Source: Thermoanaerobaculia bacterium (GTDB lineage: Bacteria > Acidobacteriota > Thermoanaerobaculia > Multivoradales > UBA5704). Taken from it: a stretch of DNA of 64,000 nt. The notes beneath the pieces were generated by a model, which made no database searches, was not told where the DNA came from, and worked only from the letters and a program-made list of their open reading frames with translations. Both the position numbers and the translations under genes were made by a program. The stretch spans positions 692 through 64,691 of the forward strand of contig DATFNZ010000118.1 in assembly GCA_035266085.1 (NCBI GenBank), written 5' to 3'. Below, in pieces: positions 45,835-55,266 of the stretch. Each line of letters begins with the position of its first letter. Within the stretch, counting starts at the first letter, position 1.

Positions 45835-47412
45835 TTGGATTTTCGGATTATTTACCGAAGACGGGCTCTGTGGGGCCAAAGGAGAATTGTGCAAATTCGT
45901 CAAGTCAGCGTCATTGCAATTTTGGTGCTCCTTGCAGCCGGGTGCACGTCCAATTCGCAGTACCGCAAGACTAGCGGCATGATCCCGCCTGTTCTCGTCT
46001 CTCAGCTTGAAAAGCGAGAGGACATTGACGATGGCGCCGGCTCTAAGCAGTGCGCCGAGCTTCTTTTTCGGAATCGCTCGATCGAGAAGTTCCGCAGCTC
46101 GGATGGGGAAATCTTCACGATCGGCGTTATTGAGTTGAGCGACGACGGTCACATCAAAGACATTCGCCAGCGCGACGAAGTCTTTCGCGAGCTAAAACGT
46201 GTAGCCCGCGGCGGCGACGTTGCCTCGCCTTCAAGCCCTGGTGCGGTCGTCGTAACTTTCGTGCACGGATGGCATCATCGGGCGAAGGTTTGCGACGAGA
46301 ACCTCTCCTGCTATCGGCGGGTCATGGAGGGACTCGTCGTGCGCAAGCGCGACCGAGAAAACAAGGGGCCGGTGTTCGGAATCTACATCGGGTGGCGCGG
46401 TGAGTCCGCGCGTCATCTCTCCCCCTTAACGTTCTACGGCCGCAAAGCGGCGGCACATCGCGTCGGCGGCCTCGGTGGCAGAGATCTACTCCTTCAGCTT
46501 GGCCAAATGCAGCGTGATCTCGACCGCGATATCCGCGACGTTTCCAAGGGCGAACGTTACGTGAATATGGTAACGGTCGGACATAGCTTCGGTGGAGCGC
46601 TCGTCTACTCGGCGATGGAGAGTCTCAATGTGTCAGAATATGCCGGCATCCACGGAGTTGGCTATACGGCATGCAAGGATAGTCCGAAGCCGATCCGTAG
46701 CGGCGTTGGCGACATCGTCATCCTCGTCAACCCAGCGTTCGAGGCGAAGCGATACCGGTATTTTGCCGACGAGGTCAACTCCCCGGGGGACTACTCACCC
46801 GGCCAGCGTCCCGTATTACTCACGGTAGCATCGACTGCCGACCAGGCGGTGGGCACGGCCTTCCCAGTCGGCCGTGCACTCTGGCTAGCCTGGCATCCCA
46901 GAGCATGGCAGAACGGACGCGCCCAAATTACCGGGCTTGGTCACTACGATCCATATACCACGCACCGTCTGATCTTTAGCGGTCCGGCGGCAATACCCAA
47001 CGAGGCGAAGCCACTCACCGATGAGCAGGCATTAACTCATTGCGATCTCCAGGAGGAGCGGAAGAAAGGGTTGGTACGCGCCACCTGCGACTGCTCCTAT
47101 CCAGTCTACAAAGAAACGCCTGCCCGTGACGTCAGTGCCCTCCGGCCCGGTGCCAGCCAGACTCCAGATCTGCTAAAGGAAGGCGAGGGAAGCGTGCACG
47201 CCCTGAACGCAGACGTGATCTTGCAGCCGATCAAAGCAGCTAACAAGAACGTTCCGTACATCGTGGCCAGCGCCCCTCCAAACCTTATCAGTGGACACAA
47301 CGACATCTACAACCCGAACTTCATTCTCTTCCTCATTGGCTATATCAACAGCACCCTTCCCGGCCCCGGCCCGAGCAAGCCGATCAGCGAGGAGATACCT
47401 GCGTGCCTATAG
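45835..47412 (+). CDS. Lipoprotein alpha/beta-hydrolase, low GC
   Basis: GGAGGAG RBS before the TTG start. Lipobox LLAAGC. VHGW oxyanion region and GHSFGG nucleophile elbow. Confidence 0.75.
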   Translation: MDFRIIYRRRALWGQRRIVQIRQVSVIAILVLLAAGCTSNSQYRKTSGMIPPVLVSQLEKREDIDDGAGSKQCAELLFRNRSIEKFRSSDGEIFTIGVIELSDDGHIKDIRQRDEVFRELKRVARGGDVASPSSPGAVVVTFVHGWHHRAKVCDENLSCYRRVMEGLVVRKRDRENKGPVFGIYIGWRGESARHLSPLTFYGRKAAAHRVGGLGGRDLLLQLGQMQRDLDRDIRDVSKGERYVNMVTVGHSFGGALVYSAMESLNVSEYAGIHGVGYTACKDSPKPIRSGVGDIVILVNPAFEAKRYRYFADEVNSPGDYSPGQRPVLLTVASTADQAVGTAFPVGRALWLAWHPRAWQNGRAQITGLGHYDPYTTHRLIFSGPAAIPNEAKPLTDEQALTHCDLQEERKKGLVRATCDCSYPVYKETPARDVSALRPGASQTPDLLKEGEGSVHALNADVILQPIKAANKNVPYIVASAPPNLISGHNDIYNPNFILFLIGYINSTLPGPGPSKPISEEIPACL

Positions 47413-47803
47413 AGGCCTGGCTTCGCAGGATCAGCTCCGGTCCCGGTACGGGCTGTGACGTCGGGAGCTGTTGATGGCCGACAGCGTTTTCCCCGCCGCG
47501 GAGACGTCCCGACGTTGTCGATTCCGAAGCGGTATGGGTGACTCGTCTGGGATCGTCTCTACGGTGCGATGACGCGTTGGCGGAGGGTGGGGTCAAGGCG
47601 ACGCCGTGCCCTCAACCCCGTTCGTCCGATCTGCCTCCAACGCTCCGTAGAGACGCACCCAGACGGGTCAGGAATGACGTCTCGGAGGCCTCCCGCGTCG
47701 GGGCGTCTCCGAGGCGGAGGAAACGCTCGCCCGTCCACTCCCTCCAGCCGACACGGTTCTGCCGTATAGGCTCCTCGGCCCGGAACTCGATCACCAGGAT
47801 CCA

Positions 47804-48205
47804 CTACGCCAGCTCCGGCACCCTCAACCCAAGATGCTGCTCGAACGGCGCATACCCGGGGCGGGAATGGAGAAGGCCCCAGTTCTTCTCGATGGCGTAG
47901 GTGGCGATGAGGCATTCGAGGGTGCCGGGGGCGGGGAGGCCTTTGGCGCGGAGGATGCGCGAGTTGCGGGCGGCGACTCGGGCGAGGTCGAAGCCGCCCA
48001 GGGTGACGCGGCGGAAACGGCCCAGGGCGTCCTCGGCCAGCTCGCGCTCCCGCTCGTCGAGGTAGCCGCCGAGGACCTCGGCGTGGATAATGTCGCCCAC
48101 GCCGACGAGGCGCCAGCCGAGGGCGCGGTCGAGATAATCGGTCTGCGCCGTGACGGCGCCGTTGAAGTAGTCGATCCAGACGGTGGAGTCGACGAGGATC
48201 CACAT
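47804..48205 (-). CDS. vapC: PIN-domain VapC toxin
   Basis: MWILVDSTVWIDYF N-terminal PIN motif. Lies directly downstream of the VapB gene. Confidence 0.85.
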   Translation of the reverse strand: MWILVDSTVWIDYFNGAVTAQTDYLDRALGWRLVGVGDIIHAEVLGGYLDERERELAEDALGRFRRVTLGGFDLARVAARNSRILRAKGLPAPGTLECLIATYAIEKNWGLLHSRPGYAPFEQHLGLRVPELA

Positions 48206-48207
48206 GG

Positions 48208-48402
48208 TCAGCGCTTCCCACGGCCGCTAGGCGGGTCGGGCTGGCGGTGGAGCTTGCCGCGCAGGCCCCGCACCTCTCCCTGCTCGTAGAGCTGGACCAG
48301 CGCGGTGAGCGCCTCGTTGAGCGTCTTCCGGTACGTGCCGATCCCGGTCAGTTGCATCGCTTTCATGAGGAGATCCTCCTCGACTTCGACGTTGATTCGC
48401 AT
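48208..48402 (-). CDS. vapB: VapB-family antitoxin
   Basis: MRINVEVEEDLLMKAMQLTGIGTYRKTLNEALTALV is typical of the VapB (DUF2191-like) family. Confidence 0.85.
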   Translation of the reverse strand: MRINVEVEEDLLMKAMQLTGIGTYRKTLNEALTALVQLYEQGEVRGLRGKLHRQPDPPSGRGKR

Positions 48403-48821
48403 TCTCGCCCTCCGAAAAGGCTCTCCACCGGCCGCGGCTCGTTGCAGGCGGCGAAGCCGCCCCCATGGAACGCGCAGAGGCCCATTGGCGAGAGAACCGG
48501 GTGTCTGGACGTCAGTTTACACCGAATTCCGTAAAACGGTGTAAAAAAATAGATGCGCTACATAATCCTACCGGAGAAGTCTGTATACCTGTAGCCTATC
48601 CGACAACCCGGCGATGAAAATACATGTTTTGGTTGAAAAGTGTGTAGGTCTTCAAGCGGACTAGGCATGCAAAGGGCCAAATTACACCAATTGAGGATAA
48701 ACAGGTGTAGTAGAAGAAGAATTTTACACAGAATTTTTTCGAATGGTGTATAAAGGCTGTCGAGCCAGGTTCCCGGCGGCGTGGTTTAATCGCCGGAGGA
48801 CGTTCCTGGAGGATTTCGCGG

Positions 48822-49307
48822 ATGGGAGACATCGTACGTTCGCCGGAGATCCGCACCGCCGCGCAGGGCGACGCCCCGACGCTCGCGCGGCTCCGTTTCC
48901 AGTTCCGGAGCGAGCTCGGCGAGCTCGTGGAGACGGAAGAGGAGTTCGTCGCCCGTTGCACGCGCTGGATGGAGGACCGCCTGGGGAGGGACTTTCCTTG
49001 GCGGTGCTGGGTGGCGGAGGGGCCGGACGGGATCGTGGGCAACCTCTGGCTCCAGGTGATGGAGAAGCTGCCCAATCCGGTCGAGGAGCCCGAGCTTCAC
49101 GCGTACATCACCAACGTCTACGTCCTCCCGGATTGCCGGAGCGCGGGCGTGGGGGCACTCCTCCTCGAAGCGGCCCTCGAGTGGTGCCGGAGCTCGAAGA
49201 TCGATGCGGTGTTCCTCTGGCCCAGCGACCGGAGCCGACCGTTCTACATGCGCTACGGCTTCTCCGTGCGCGACGACCTGTTCGCGCTTCGTCCCGTTTC
49301 CCCCTGA
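48822..49307 (+). CDS. GNAT-family N-acetyltransferase
   Basis: Acetyl-CoA binding segment VLPDCRSAGVGALLLEAALEW and the C-terminal FYMRYGF. Confidence 0.85.
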   Translation: MGDIVRSPEIRTAAQGDAPTLARLRFQFRSELGELVETEEEFVARCTRWMEDRLGRDFPWRCWVAEGPDGIVGNLWLQVMEKLPNPVEEPELHAYITNVYVLPDCRSAGVGALLLEAALEWCRSSKIDAVFLWPSDRSRPFYMRYGFSVRDDLFALRPVSP

Positions 49308-49416
49308 TTTGAAGGCGAGGACGAAGGCTTCTTGTGGTACCTTTCCTTCACATAGAAGAAGCTGCATGAGTATGCTCTGAATTTGAAGCTCTTGGTTCAT
49401 CGAGGGGAACTGCGAC

Positions 49417-49992
49417 ATGGCACAGTTCAAGGCGTTTCAACCGGGCGTTGAAGTGTACGGCGCCGTCGTCCTGTCGGTCACCGAGGGGATGGGCGAGTTC
49501 AGGACCATGGCGGAGCGGATCCTCGCCCAGCACGGGATCGTGAAACCGCAGCCGGACACCTGGTATCCCCAGCAGGCGTGGCTCGACTCGTTCAAGACCA
49601 TCTCCGAGCAGATCGGCCCCCGCACGCTGTTCGCGATCGGCAAGAAGATCCTGGACACCGTGGGGTGGCCGGCGTGGATCGACGGCTTGGAGACGGGCAT
49701 GCGGGCCATCGACCTGAACTACCACCTGCGCCACCGGCTCGACGGCGTGCCCATGCTCAACGACCAGACGGGAGAGCTGACGCCGGGGATCGGCCACTAT
49801 GAGCTCAAGGGCCTGACGGCCGATAATTCCGCCGTCATGGTGTGCAACAATCCCTATCCATCGGAGCTCGATCGCGGCATCATCACCGCCATGGGCCGGC
49901 GGTTTGAGAGCAGCCTGGAGGTGCGGCTGGACACCACGCAGCCGACCCGGACCCAGGGGGCGGACTCCTGCACCTACATTATTGAGTGGTAA
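49417..49992 (+). CDS. Hypothetical protein
   Basis: 191-aa ORF with normal composition, in an apparent operon with the CMD and HIT genes. No family recognised. Confidence 0.65.
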   Translation: MAQFKAFQPGVEVYGAVVLSVTEGMGEFRTMAERILAQHGIVKPQPDTWYPQQAWLDSFKTISEQIGPRTLFAIGKKILDTVGWPAWIDGLETGMRAIDLNYHLRHRLDGVPMLNDQTGELTPGIGHYELKGLTADNSAVMVCNNPYPSELDRGIITAMGRRFESSLEVRLDTTQPTRTQGADSCTYIIEW

Positions 49993-50007
49993 AACCTTGG
50001 AGACACC

Positions 50008-50550
50008 ATGGCACACATTCAGCTTCCTGAAGGAGCCCCGGGCATCATCGGGCCGATGATCGCCTATCCGGAAACGGAGAAGCATCTGAATGGACTGGCG
50101 GAAGCGCTTCTGCGCGGGCCGTCGTCGCTGACCCCGGCGGAGCGCGAGACGATCGCCGCCCGCGTGTCGTCCGGCAACGAATGCTTTTTCTGCACGCAGA
50201 CCCATGCCGCCGCCGCGCGGGAGCTCTACGGCAGCGAGTGCGAGGTGGTGGACCAGGTGTTGAAGGATGCCCGCACGGCTCCCGTCAGCGAAAAGATGAA
50301 GGCCCTGCTGGCGATCGCCGACAAGGTCCGGCAGGACGGCCGCCTGGTGAAGGACGAGGACGTCGAGCGGGCCCGCGCGGCGGGAGCGGACGACAAGGCG
50401 ATCCACGACACGGTGCTGATCGCGGCGGCGTTCTGCATGTTCAACCGCTATGTCGACGGGCTTTCCACCTGGGCGCCGCAGGAGGTGGCCGCTTACAAGC
50501 CGATGGGGGAGAAGCTTGCCCAGGGTGGCTACGTCCACAGCATCCGGTAG
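50008..50550 (+). CDS. CMD/AhpD-like peroxidase-related protein (Cys form)
   Basis: NECFFCTQTH CxxC-x3-H AhpD-core motif. Confidence 0.85.
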   Translation: MAHIQLPEGAPGIIGPMIAYPETEKHLNGLAEALLRGPSSLTPAERETIAARVSSGNECFFCTQTHAAAARELYGSECEVVDQVLKDARTAPVSEKMKALLAIADKVRQDGRLVKDEDVERARAAGADDKAIHDTVLIAAAFCMFNRYVDGLSTWAPQEVAAYKPMGEKLAQGGYVHSIR

Positions 50551-50556
50551 GGCACG

Positions 50557-50985
50557 ATGCCTTTCGCACTCCACTCCACGCTCGCCGCCGACACCGCCGA
50601 GGTGGCGCGGCTGCCCCTGTGCCGCGTGCTGCTGATGAAGGACCGGCGGTTTCCCTGGCTGATCCTGGTTCCGGAGCGGGAGTCCATCCGGGAGATCCAC
50701 GAGCTGCCGACTGCTGACCGGGTGGCGCTCGTCGAGGAGATCACGCGGGCGAGCGAGGTGCTGGCGCGGCTCTTCCAACCAGACAAGCTGAACGTCGGCG
50801 CCCTGGGCAACGTCGTGCCGCAACTCCATGTCCACGTGGTCGCCCGCTTCGCTTCCGACGCTGCCTGGCCCGGACCGGTCTGGGGCTCGGGGGCGGCCGA
50901 GCCCTATCCGGAGAGCGAGCTGGTGGAGATCCGGGAAAGCCTGGTCTCGGCGTTCAGGGAGATGGGAGAGGAGCCGCGGGCCTGA
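50557..50985 (+). CDS. HIT-family hydrolase
   Basis: Histidine triad QLHVHVV. Confidence 0.88.
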   Translation: MPFALHSTLAADTAEVARLPLCRVLLMKDRRFPWLILVPERESIREIHELPTADRVALVEEITRASEVLARLFQPDKLNVGALGNVVPQLHVHVVARFASDAAWPGPVWGSGAAEPYPESELVEIRESLVSAFREMGEEPRA

Positions 50986-51673
50986 AACCGTGCAGCCGGT
51001 CGATCGCCTGGCCGGAGAGCACCACGCCGCCCGCCCGTCCGGCGAGGCCGGCGCCTTGGAGGCGCTTGACCGTCCACCAGTTGCAGTCGCCTGCCCAAAG
51101 ATAAGCGCCGTAGGCCGGGTAGAACCGCCCGGCGTATCCGGGAGCCTGGGGAAAAGGCGCCGCGCGCTGTCCGGACGGCAAGTGCACGAACGACCGCGCC
51201 AGCTCCGTGAGCAGGGTGTGGAGCGTCGCCGCGTCGACGTCGCGGACGAAGACGGCGCGCGCTCCGCCGCTCACCTGAGGAGGCGATGTCCGGCCGTCGA
51301 GGTACGCCACGGCCTCCGTTGGCAGGAAGAGCGTGGCGAAGAGGTTGTGGAGCCGGTAGTCGGACTCCATGTAGAAGCGCCGGTCCCCCCAGCCGAGCTC
51401 GAGGAAGGGGGCGGCCTCCTCGCCCGGTGGCCCCATCCGCCATCCCGGCGGCTGCTCGACGACGATCGAGGTGTGGTAGCCCCAGTCGGCCACGTAGACC
51501 CGGTAAGGGCCGGGCCCGGGCACGGGGGGCAGCGTCAGGCCGGGGCGCGCATCGCGGGCCAGGGCGACGTAGAGCGGTGGCCCCAGAACCAGCAGCAGGA
51601 TGACGAGCGCCGCGGCGCGGCCGGCCAGCCGCAGCCAGCGGCGGGACCATGGGAGAGTCGCCGGCGGGAGCAC
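50954..51673 (-). CDS. DUF2459/TIGR02117-like membrane-anchored protein
   Basis: N-terminal TM AAALVILLLVLGPPL. YVADWGYHTSIVV and RRFY motifs are typical of this family. Recognition is from memory. Confidence 0.65.
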   Translation of the reverse strand: MLPPATLPWSRRWLRLAGRAAALVILLLVLGPPLYVALARDARPGLTLPPVPGPGPYRVYVADWGYHTSIVVEQPPGWRMGPPGEEAAPFLELGWGDRRFYMESDYRLHNLFATLFLPTEAVAYLDGRTSPPQVSGGARAVFVRDVDAATLHTLLTELARSFVHLPSGQRAAPFPQAPGYAGRFYPAYGAYLWAGDCNWWTVKRLQGAGLAGRAGGVVLSGQAIDRLHGFRPAAPLPSP

Positions 51674-51679
51674 GGCCGG

Positions 51680-51865
51680 TCAGAGGCCGTCGAGCACCGA
51701 GCCCAGGAGCAGCAGGAGGCCGGCACCTACGAGCGACCAGAATTCGACGTTGTGGGCGACATGGATCACGTCCAGGCCCGCCAGCAGGCCGACCAGCCAG
51801 AGGATCAAGGCAATCATGAACGTCGCCTGCTTCGGAGCCTGCGTGAATCCACCTCTCCTCGCCAT
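51680..51865 (-). CDS. Small 2-TM membrane protein
   Basis: GGAGGA RBS before the ATG at 51865. 61 aa, two hydrophobic helices. Confidence 0.55.
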   Translation of the reverse strand: MARRGGFTQAPKQATFMIALILWLVGLLAGLDVIHVAHNVEFWSLVGAGLLLLLGSVLDGL

Positions 51866-51956
51866 GGGGGAAATCCTCCTGGAACGGCCTGCGGTTTGAT
51901 CTCGAACCCTATCACGGCGAGTCGCCCGGCGGCCTGGAGTAGGATGTGGCCTGCTG

Positions 51957-53165
51957 ATGAACGTGAACATCGCGAGCCCCGAGCACAAGGCGAATCCCTA
52001 TCCTTTCTATGCGCGCCTGCGCGACGAGGCGCCGGTCTGCCGCGTGATCCTGCCCGACAAGCAGGCGGCCTGGCTCATCACGCGCTACGCCGACGTGGTG
52101 GCGGCCTTCAAGGACGACCGCTTCGTCAAGGACAAGCTGAACGCCCTGACCCCCGAGCAGGCGGCGAAGCAGCCCTGGGTGCCCGGCTTTTTCAAGCCGC
52201 TGACGCGCAACATGCTCGACCTCGACACGCCCGACCACACGAGGCTGCGGGCGCTCGTGCACAAGGCGTTCACGCCGCGGCTGATCGAACGGATGCAGGA
52301 GCGCGTGCAGGCGGTTACCGATGGCCTCCTGGATGCCGTGACGAGCGCGGGACGGATGGATCTCATCCGCGATTACGCCTTGCCCCTGCCGACGACGATC
52401 ATCGCCGAGATGCTGGGCGTGCCGGCGGCGGACCGCCACAAGTTCCATCGCTGGTCGAGCGCCATCGTTTCGGCCAACGCCTCCGGCTGGGGCATGCTGA
52501 GGGCCATTCCGGGCGTCATGGCTTTCCTCCGTTACATCCGCAAGCTGGTGCGGGCGCGGCGGGCCGCTCCGCGGGACGACCTGGTGAGCGCGCTGGTGCA
52601 GGCGGAGGAGGCGGGCGAGGCGCTGAGCGAGGACGAGCTGCTTGCCATGATCTTCCTGCTGCTGGTGGCCGGGCATGAGACCACGGTCAACCTGATCGGC
52701 AACGGGACTCTCGCGCTGCTCAGGAATCCCGGCGAGATGGCAAGGCTGCGGCACGATCCCGAGCTCATCAGGCCGGCGGTGGAGGAGCTGTTGCGCTACG
52801 ACAGCCCGTTGGAGACCGCCACCGAACGCTACGCCCGCGAGGACGTGACGATCGAGGGCGCCACGATCCCGCGCGGCGGGCTGGTCTACCTGGTCATCGC
52901 CGCCGCCAACCGGGATGAACGGCAGTTTCCGGAGCCGGACAAGCTCGACCTCACGCGCGAGCCGAACCGCCACCTGTCCTTCGGACAGGGGATTCACTAC
53001 TGCCTGGGAGCGCCGCTCGCCCGCCTGGAAGGGCATATCGCGATCAACACGCTGCTGCGCCGGGCTCCGGGGCTGAGGCTGGCCGTCGAGCCGGGGGCGC
53101 TGCGCTGGCGGCGCGGGTTGGTCCTGCGCGGGGTGGCGTCACTGCCGGTGGAGCTCAGCGGTTAG
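51957..53165 (+). CDS. Cytochrome P450
   Basis: Heme-binding loop FGQGIHYCLGAPLA, the EELLRY (ExxR) motif and AGHETT in the I-helix. Confidence 0.92.
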   Translation: MNVNIASPEHKANPYPFYARLRDEAPVCRVILPDKQAAWLITRYADVVAAFKDDRFVKDKLNALTPEQAAKQPWVPGFFKPLTRNMLDLDTPDHTRLRALVHKAFTPRLIERMQERVQAVTDGLLDAVTSAGRMDLIRDYALPLPTTIIAEMLGVPAADRHKFHRWSSAIVSANASGWGMLRAIPGVMAFLRYIRKLVRARRAAPRDDLVSALVQAEEAGEALSEDELLAMIFLLLVAGHETTVNLIGNGTLALLRNPGEMARLRHDPELIRPAVEELLRYDSPLETATERYAREDVTIEGATIPRGGLVYLVIAAANRDERQFPEPDKLDLTREPNRHLSFGQGIHYCLGAPLARLEGHIAINTLLRRAPGLRLAVEPGALRWRRGLVLRGVASLPVELSG

Positions 53166-53198
53166 AGGTCTGTCAAGTCAGAAATGACGCGTTCTTCC

Positions 53199-53228
53199 GT
53201 AGGGGCGGCCACATAGGGCCGCCCCTAC
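53199..53228. repeat. REP hairpin gtaggggcggcc-acatag-ggccgcccctac
   Basis: Perfect 12-bp stem between the convergent P450 and sulfatase genes. Same family as 33796-33883. Confidence 0.8.
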
Positions 53229-53240
53229 AAGACTAGTGCC

Positions 53241-54764
53241 TCACCGCACGGCCGCCGGCAGCTCCGGCACCGGCCGCGCCTCGAGCTGCCGGCAGGTGGC
53301 GCCGGCGCAGTTGGCCAGGGCCCTGGCCAACCTGAAGAGACGGGTCAGCCAGGCCTCGCCCACCCGGTCCCGCAGGTTCGTCAGCTCGTCCGGATCGCTC
53401 CGCAGATCGTAGACCTCCCGCTCGCCGGTGCCGTAGGCCACGAATTTGAAGCTCGCCGTGCGCAGGCCGGTATGGGGAGGATAGGCGGCGGCCGCCTTCT
53501 CGTCCTGGGGATCCGGAGGCTCCAGGGCTTCGCCCCCACGGGGCGGCGCGGGCGGGAACGGGAACTGCTCGAGGAGGACCATCTGGCGCCAGCCCTCCGG
53601 CGCCTGGCCGCGGAGCAGCGGCACCAGGGAGCGGCCGTCGAAGTCGGCCGGCAACCTCGTGCCCGCCAGCTCGGCGAGGGTGGGGGCCAGGTCGACGCTG
53701 GCGGCCAGCGCGGCGGCGGTGCGGCCTGCCGGCACGCCGGGACCGCGGATGATCAGGGGCACGTGGACGTCCGTTTCATAGGGCGTGTATTTGCCCTGGT
53801 CCAGGCGGTGCTGCCCCATGTGGAAGCCGTTGTCCGAGGTGAACACGATGTAGGTGTTGGCGAGTTGGCCGGTCTCCTGGAGAGTCCGCACCAGTGCCGC
53901 GATGGCCTCGTCCACGGCCTGGAGGGACAGCATCTGCTTGCGGTAGATGGTGTCGATCGCGGCGATCTGGCCGGCGTCGAGACGGGCCAGGGCGCGGATG
54001 CGCTCCGGCTTGTCGCGCACGTCCGCCTCGTTGAACGAGGGGGTGCGGGGCGCCTTGAGGCCGGGGAAGAGGCCGGCGTGGCGTTTGGCGGGAGTGGCGG
54101 GCTTGTGGGGCGCGAAGGTGGCGAGATAGAGGAAGAACGGTTGGGTTTTTCCCGCGGCGCCGCGCACGAAGGCCGTCGCCTTGCCGGCCAGCACGTCCGT
54201 CATGTAGTCCTCGGCCCTGCTGCCGTATTTGACCGTCTTGCCGTTCTCGTTGAGCGTGAAGCGGTAGGCGGCATAAGGGCTGCCCGCCACGGGGCTGTCC
54301 CATTCGTCCCATCCCGGAGGCACATAGGTCGATTTCCTGGTCCCCGGATAACCGTTCAGGTATTTGCCGATCATGGCCGTGTGATAGCCGGCGGCGTGGA
54401 GCGCCGTGGCCAGACTCGCCCGCTCGTGGCGGAGCTCGTCAAACCGTTCGAAGCCGCCGTCGGGCGGGAAGTTCGTGTAGACCTTGTGGTTGTGCGGATA
54501 GAGCCCGGTGAGGATCGTGGCCCGCGACGGGCAGCAGAGCGACAACGGTACGAAATAGTTCGAGAACGTCATGCCCTGGCGACCGATCAACTCGCGCGTC
54601 CGCGGCATGAAATCGAGCGAGCCGAGGGTCAGGTCCTGATCGTCCGTGAGGATGACGACGAAGTTGGGCTTGGGCGATGTCAGCGGAGCCGGGGCCGGCA
54701 TGGCGCCACCGGCAAGGAGACCGAGGAGGAGCAGGGGAGCGAGCGGCAGGCGGTTCGAGAGCAT
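53241..54764 (-). CDS. Secreted sulfatase (formylglycine-dependent)
   Basis: NFVVILTDDQD and the CxPxR motif LCCPSRATILTG. GAGGAG RBS before the ATG at 54764. Confidence 0.9.
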   Translation of the reverse strand: MLSNRLPLAPLLLLGLLAGGAMPAPAPLTSPKPNFVVILTDDQDLTLGSLDFMPRTRELIGRQGMTFSNYFVPLSLCCPSRATILTGLYPHNHKVYTNFPPDGGFERFDELRHERASLATALHAAGYHTAMIGKYLNGYPGTRKSTYVPPGWDEWDSPVAGSPYAAYRFTLNENGKTVKYGSRAEDYMTDVLAGKATAFVRGAAGKTQPFFLYLATFAPHKPATPAKRHAGLFPGLKAPRTPSFNEADVRDKPERIRALARLDAGQIAAIDTIYRKQMLSLQAVDEAIAALVRTLQETGQLANTYIVFTSDNGFHMGQHRLDQGKYTPYETDVHVPLIIRGPGVPAGRTAAALAASVDLAPTLAELAGTRLPADFDGRSLVPLLRGQAPEGWRQMVLLEQFPFPPAPPRGGEALEPPDPQDEKAAAAYPPHTGLRTASFKFVAYGTGEREVYDLRSDPDELTNLRDRVGEAWLTRLFRLARALANCAGATCRQLEARPVPELPAAVR

Positions 54765-54873
54765 CGTGATCTCCTCAGCCACTGGAACGGCGGTAGCGCG
54801 ACTGTACAGCAAACCAGCCGCTCTCTCCACAGGGGGCTTGACAGCCATGGCCGCGTTATATAACCTCTTGGTT

Positions 54874-55266
54874 ATGGAACTTCAAGGTCATGGGCAGATG
54901 GCTCCCGGTCACCTCGACGCGACCTTCGCGGCGCTCGCCGATCCCACGCGGCGGGCGATCCTGGCCCGGCTCGCCTCGGGAGAGGCGTCGGTAATGGAGC
55001 TGGCCGAGCCGTTCGCGATGAGTCAGCCCGCGATCTCCAAGCATCTCAAGGTGCTCGAGCGCGCCGGCCTGATCTCGCGCGGCCGCGACGCGCAGCGGCG
55101 GCCTTGCCGGCTGGAGGCCCAGCCGCTCGCGGAGGCCACCGGATGGCTGGAAGGCTACCGCCAGTTCTGGGAGGCCTCCTTCCAGCGCCTCGACGCCCTG
55201 CTCGACGAGCTGAAGGCCGAAGGTAAGAACGTGGACGAACGAAACCATAAAGGGGATCATCGATGA
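54874..55266 (+). CDS. ArsR/SmtB-family transcriptional regulator
   Basis: FAALADPTRRAILARLASGEASVMELAEPFAMSQPAISKHLKVLERAGLI. The start is uncertain (54847, 54874 or 54898). Confidence 0.85.
   Translation: MELQGHGQMAPGHLDATFAALADPTRRAILARLASGEASVMELAEPFAMSQPAISKHLKVLERAGLISRGRDAQRRPCRLEAQPLAEATGWLEGYRQFWEASFQRLDALLDELKAEGKNVDERNHKGDHR

Noticed and set aside
48540-48821. Chromosomal replication origin (oriC)
   Set aside because: There is only one exact DnaA-box-consensus 9-mer, no dnaA/dnaN/gidA-type neighbours, and it lies inside an accessory region. Retained only as a motif-cluster observation.
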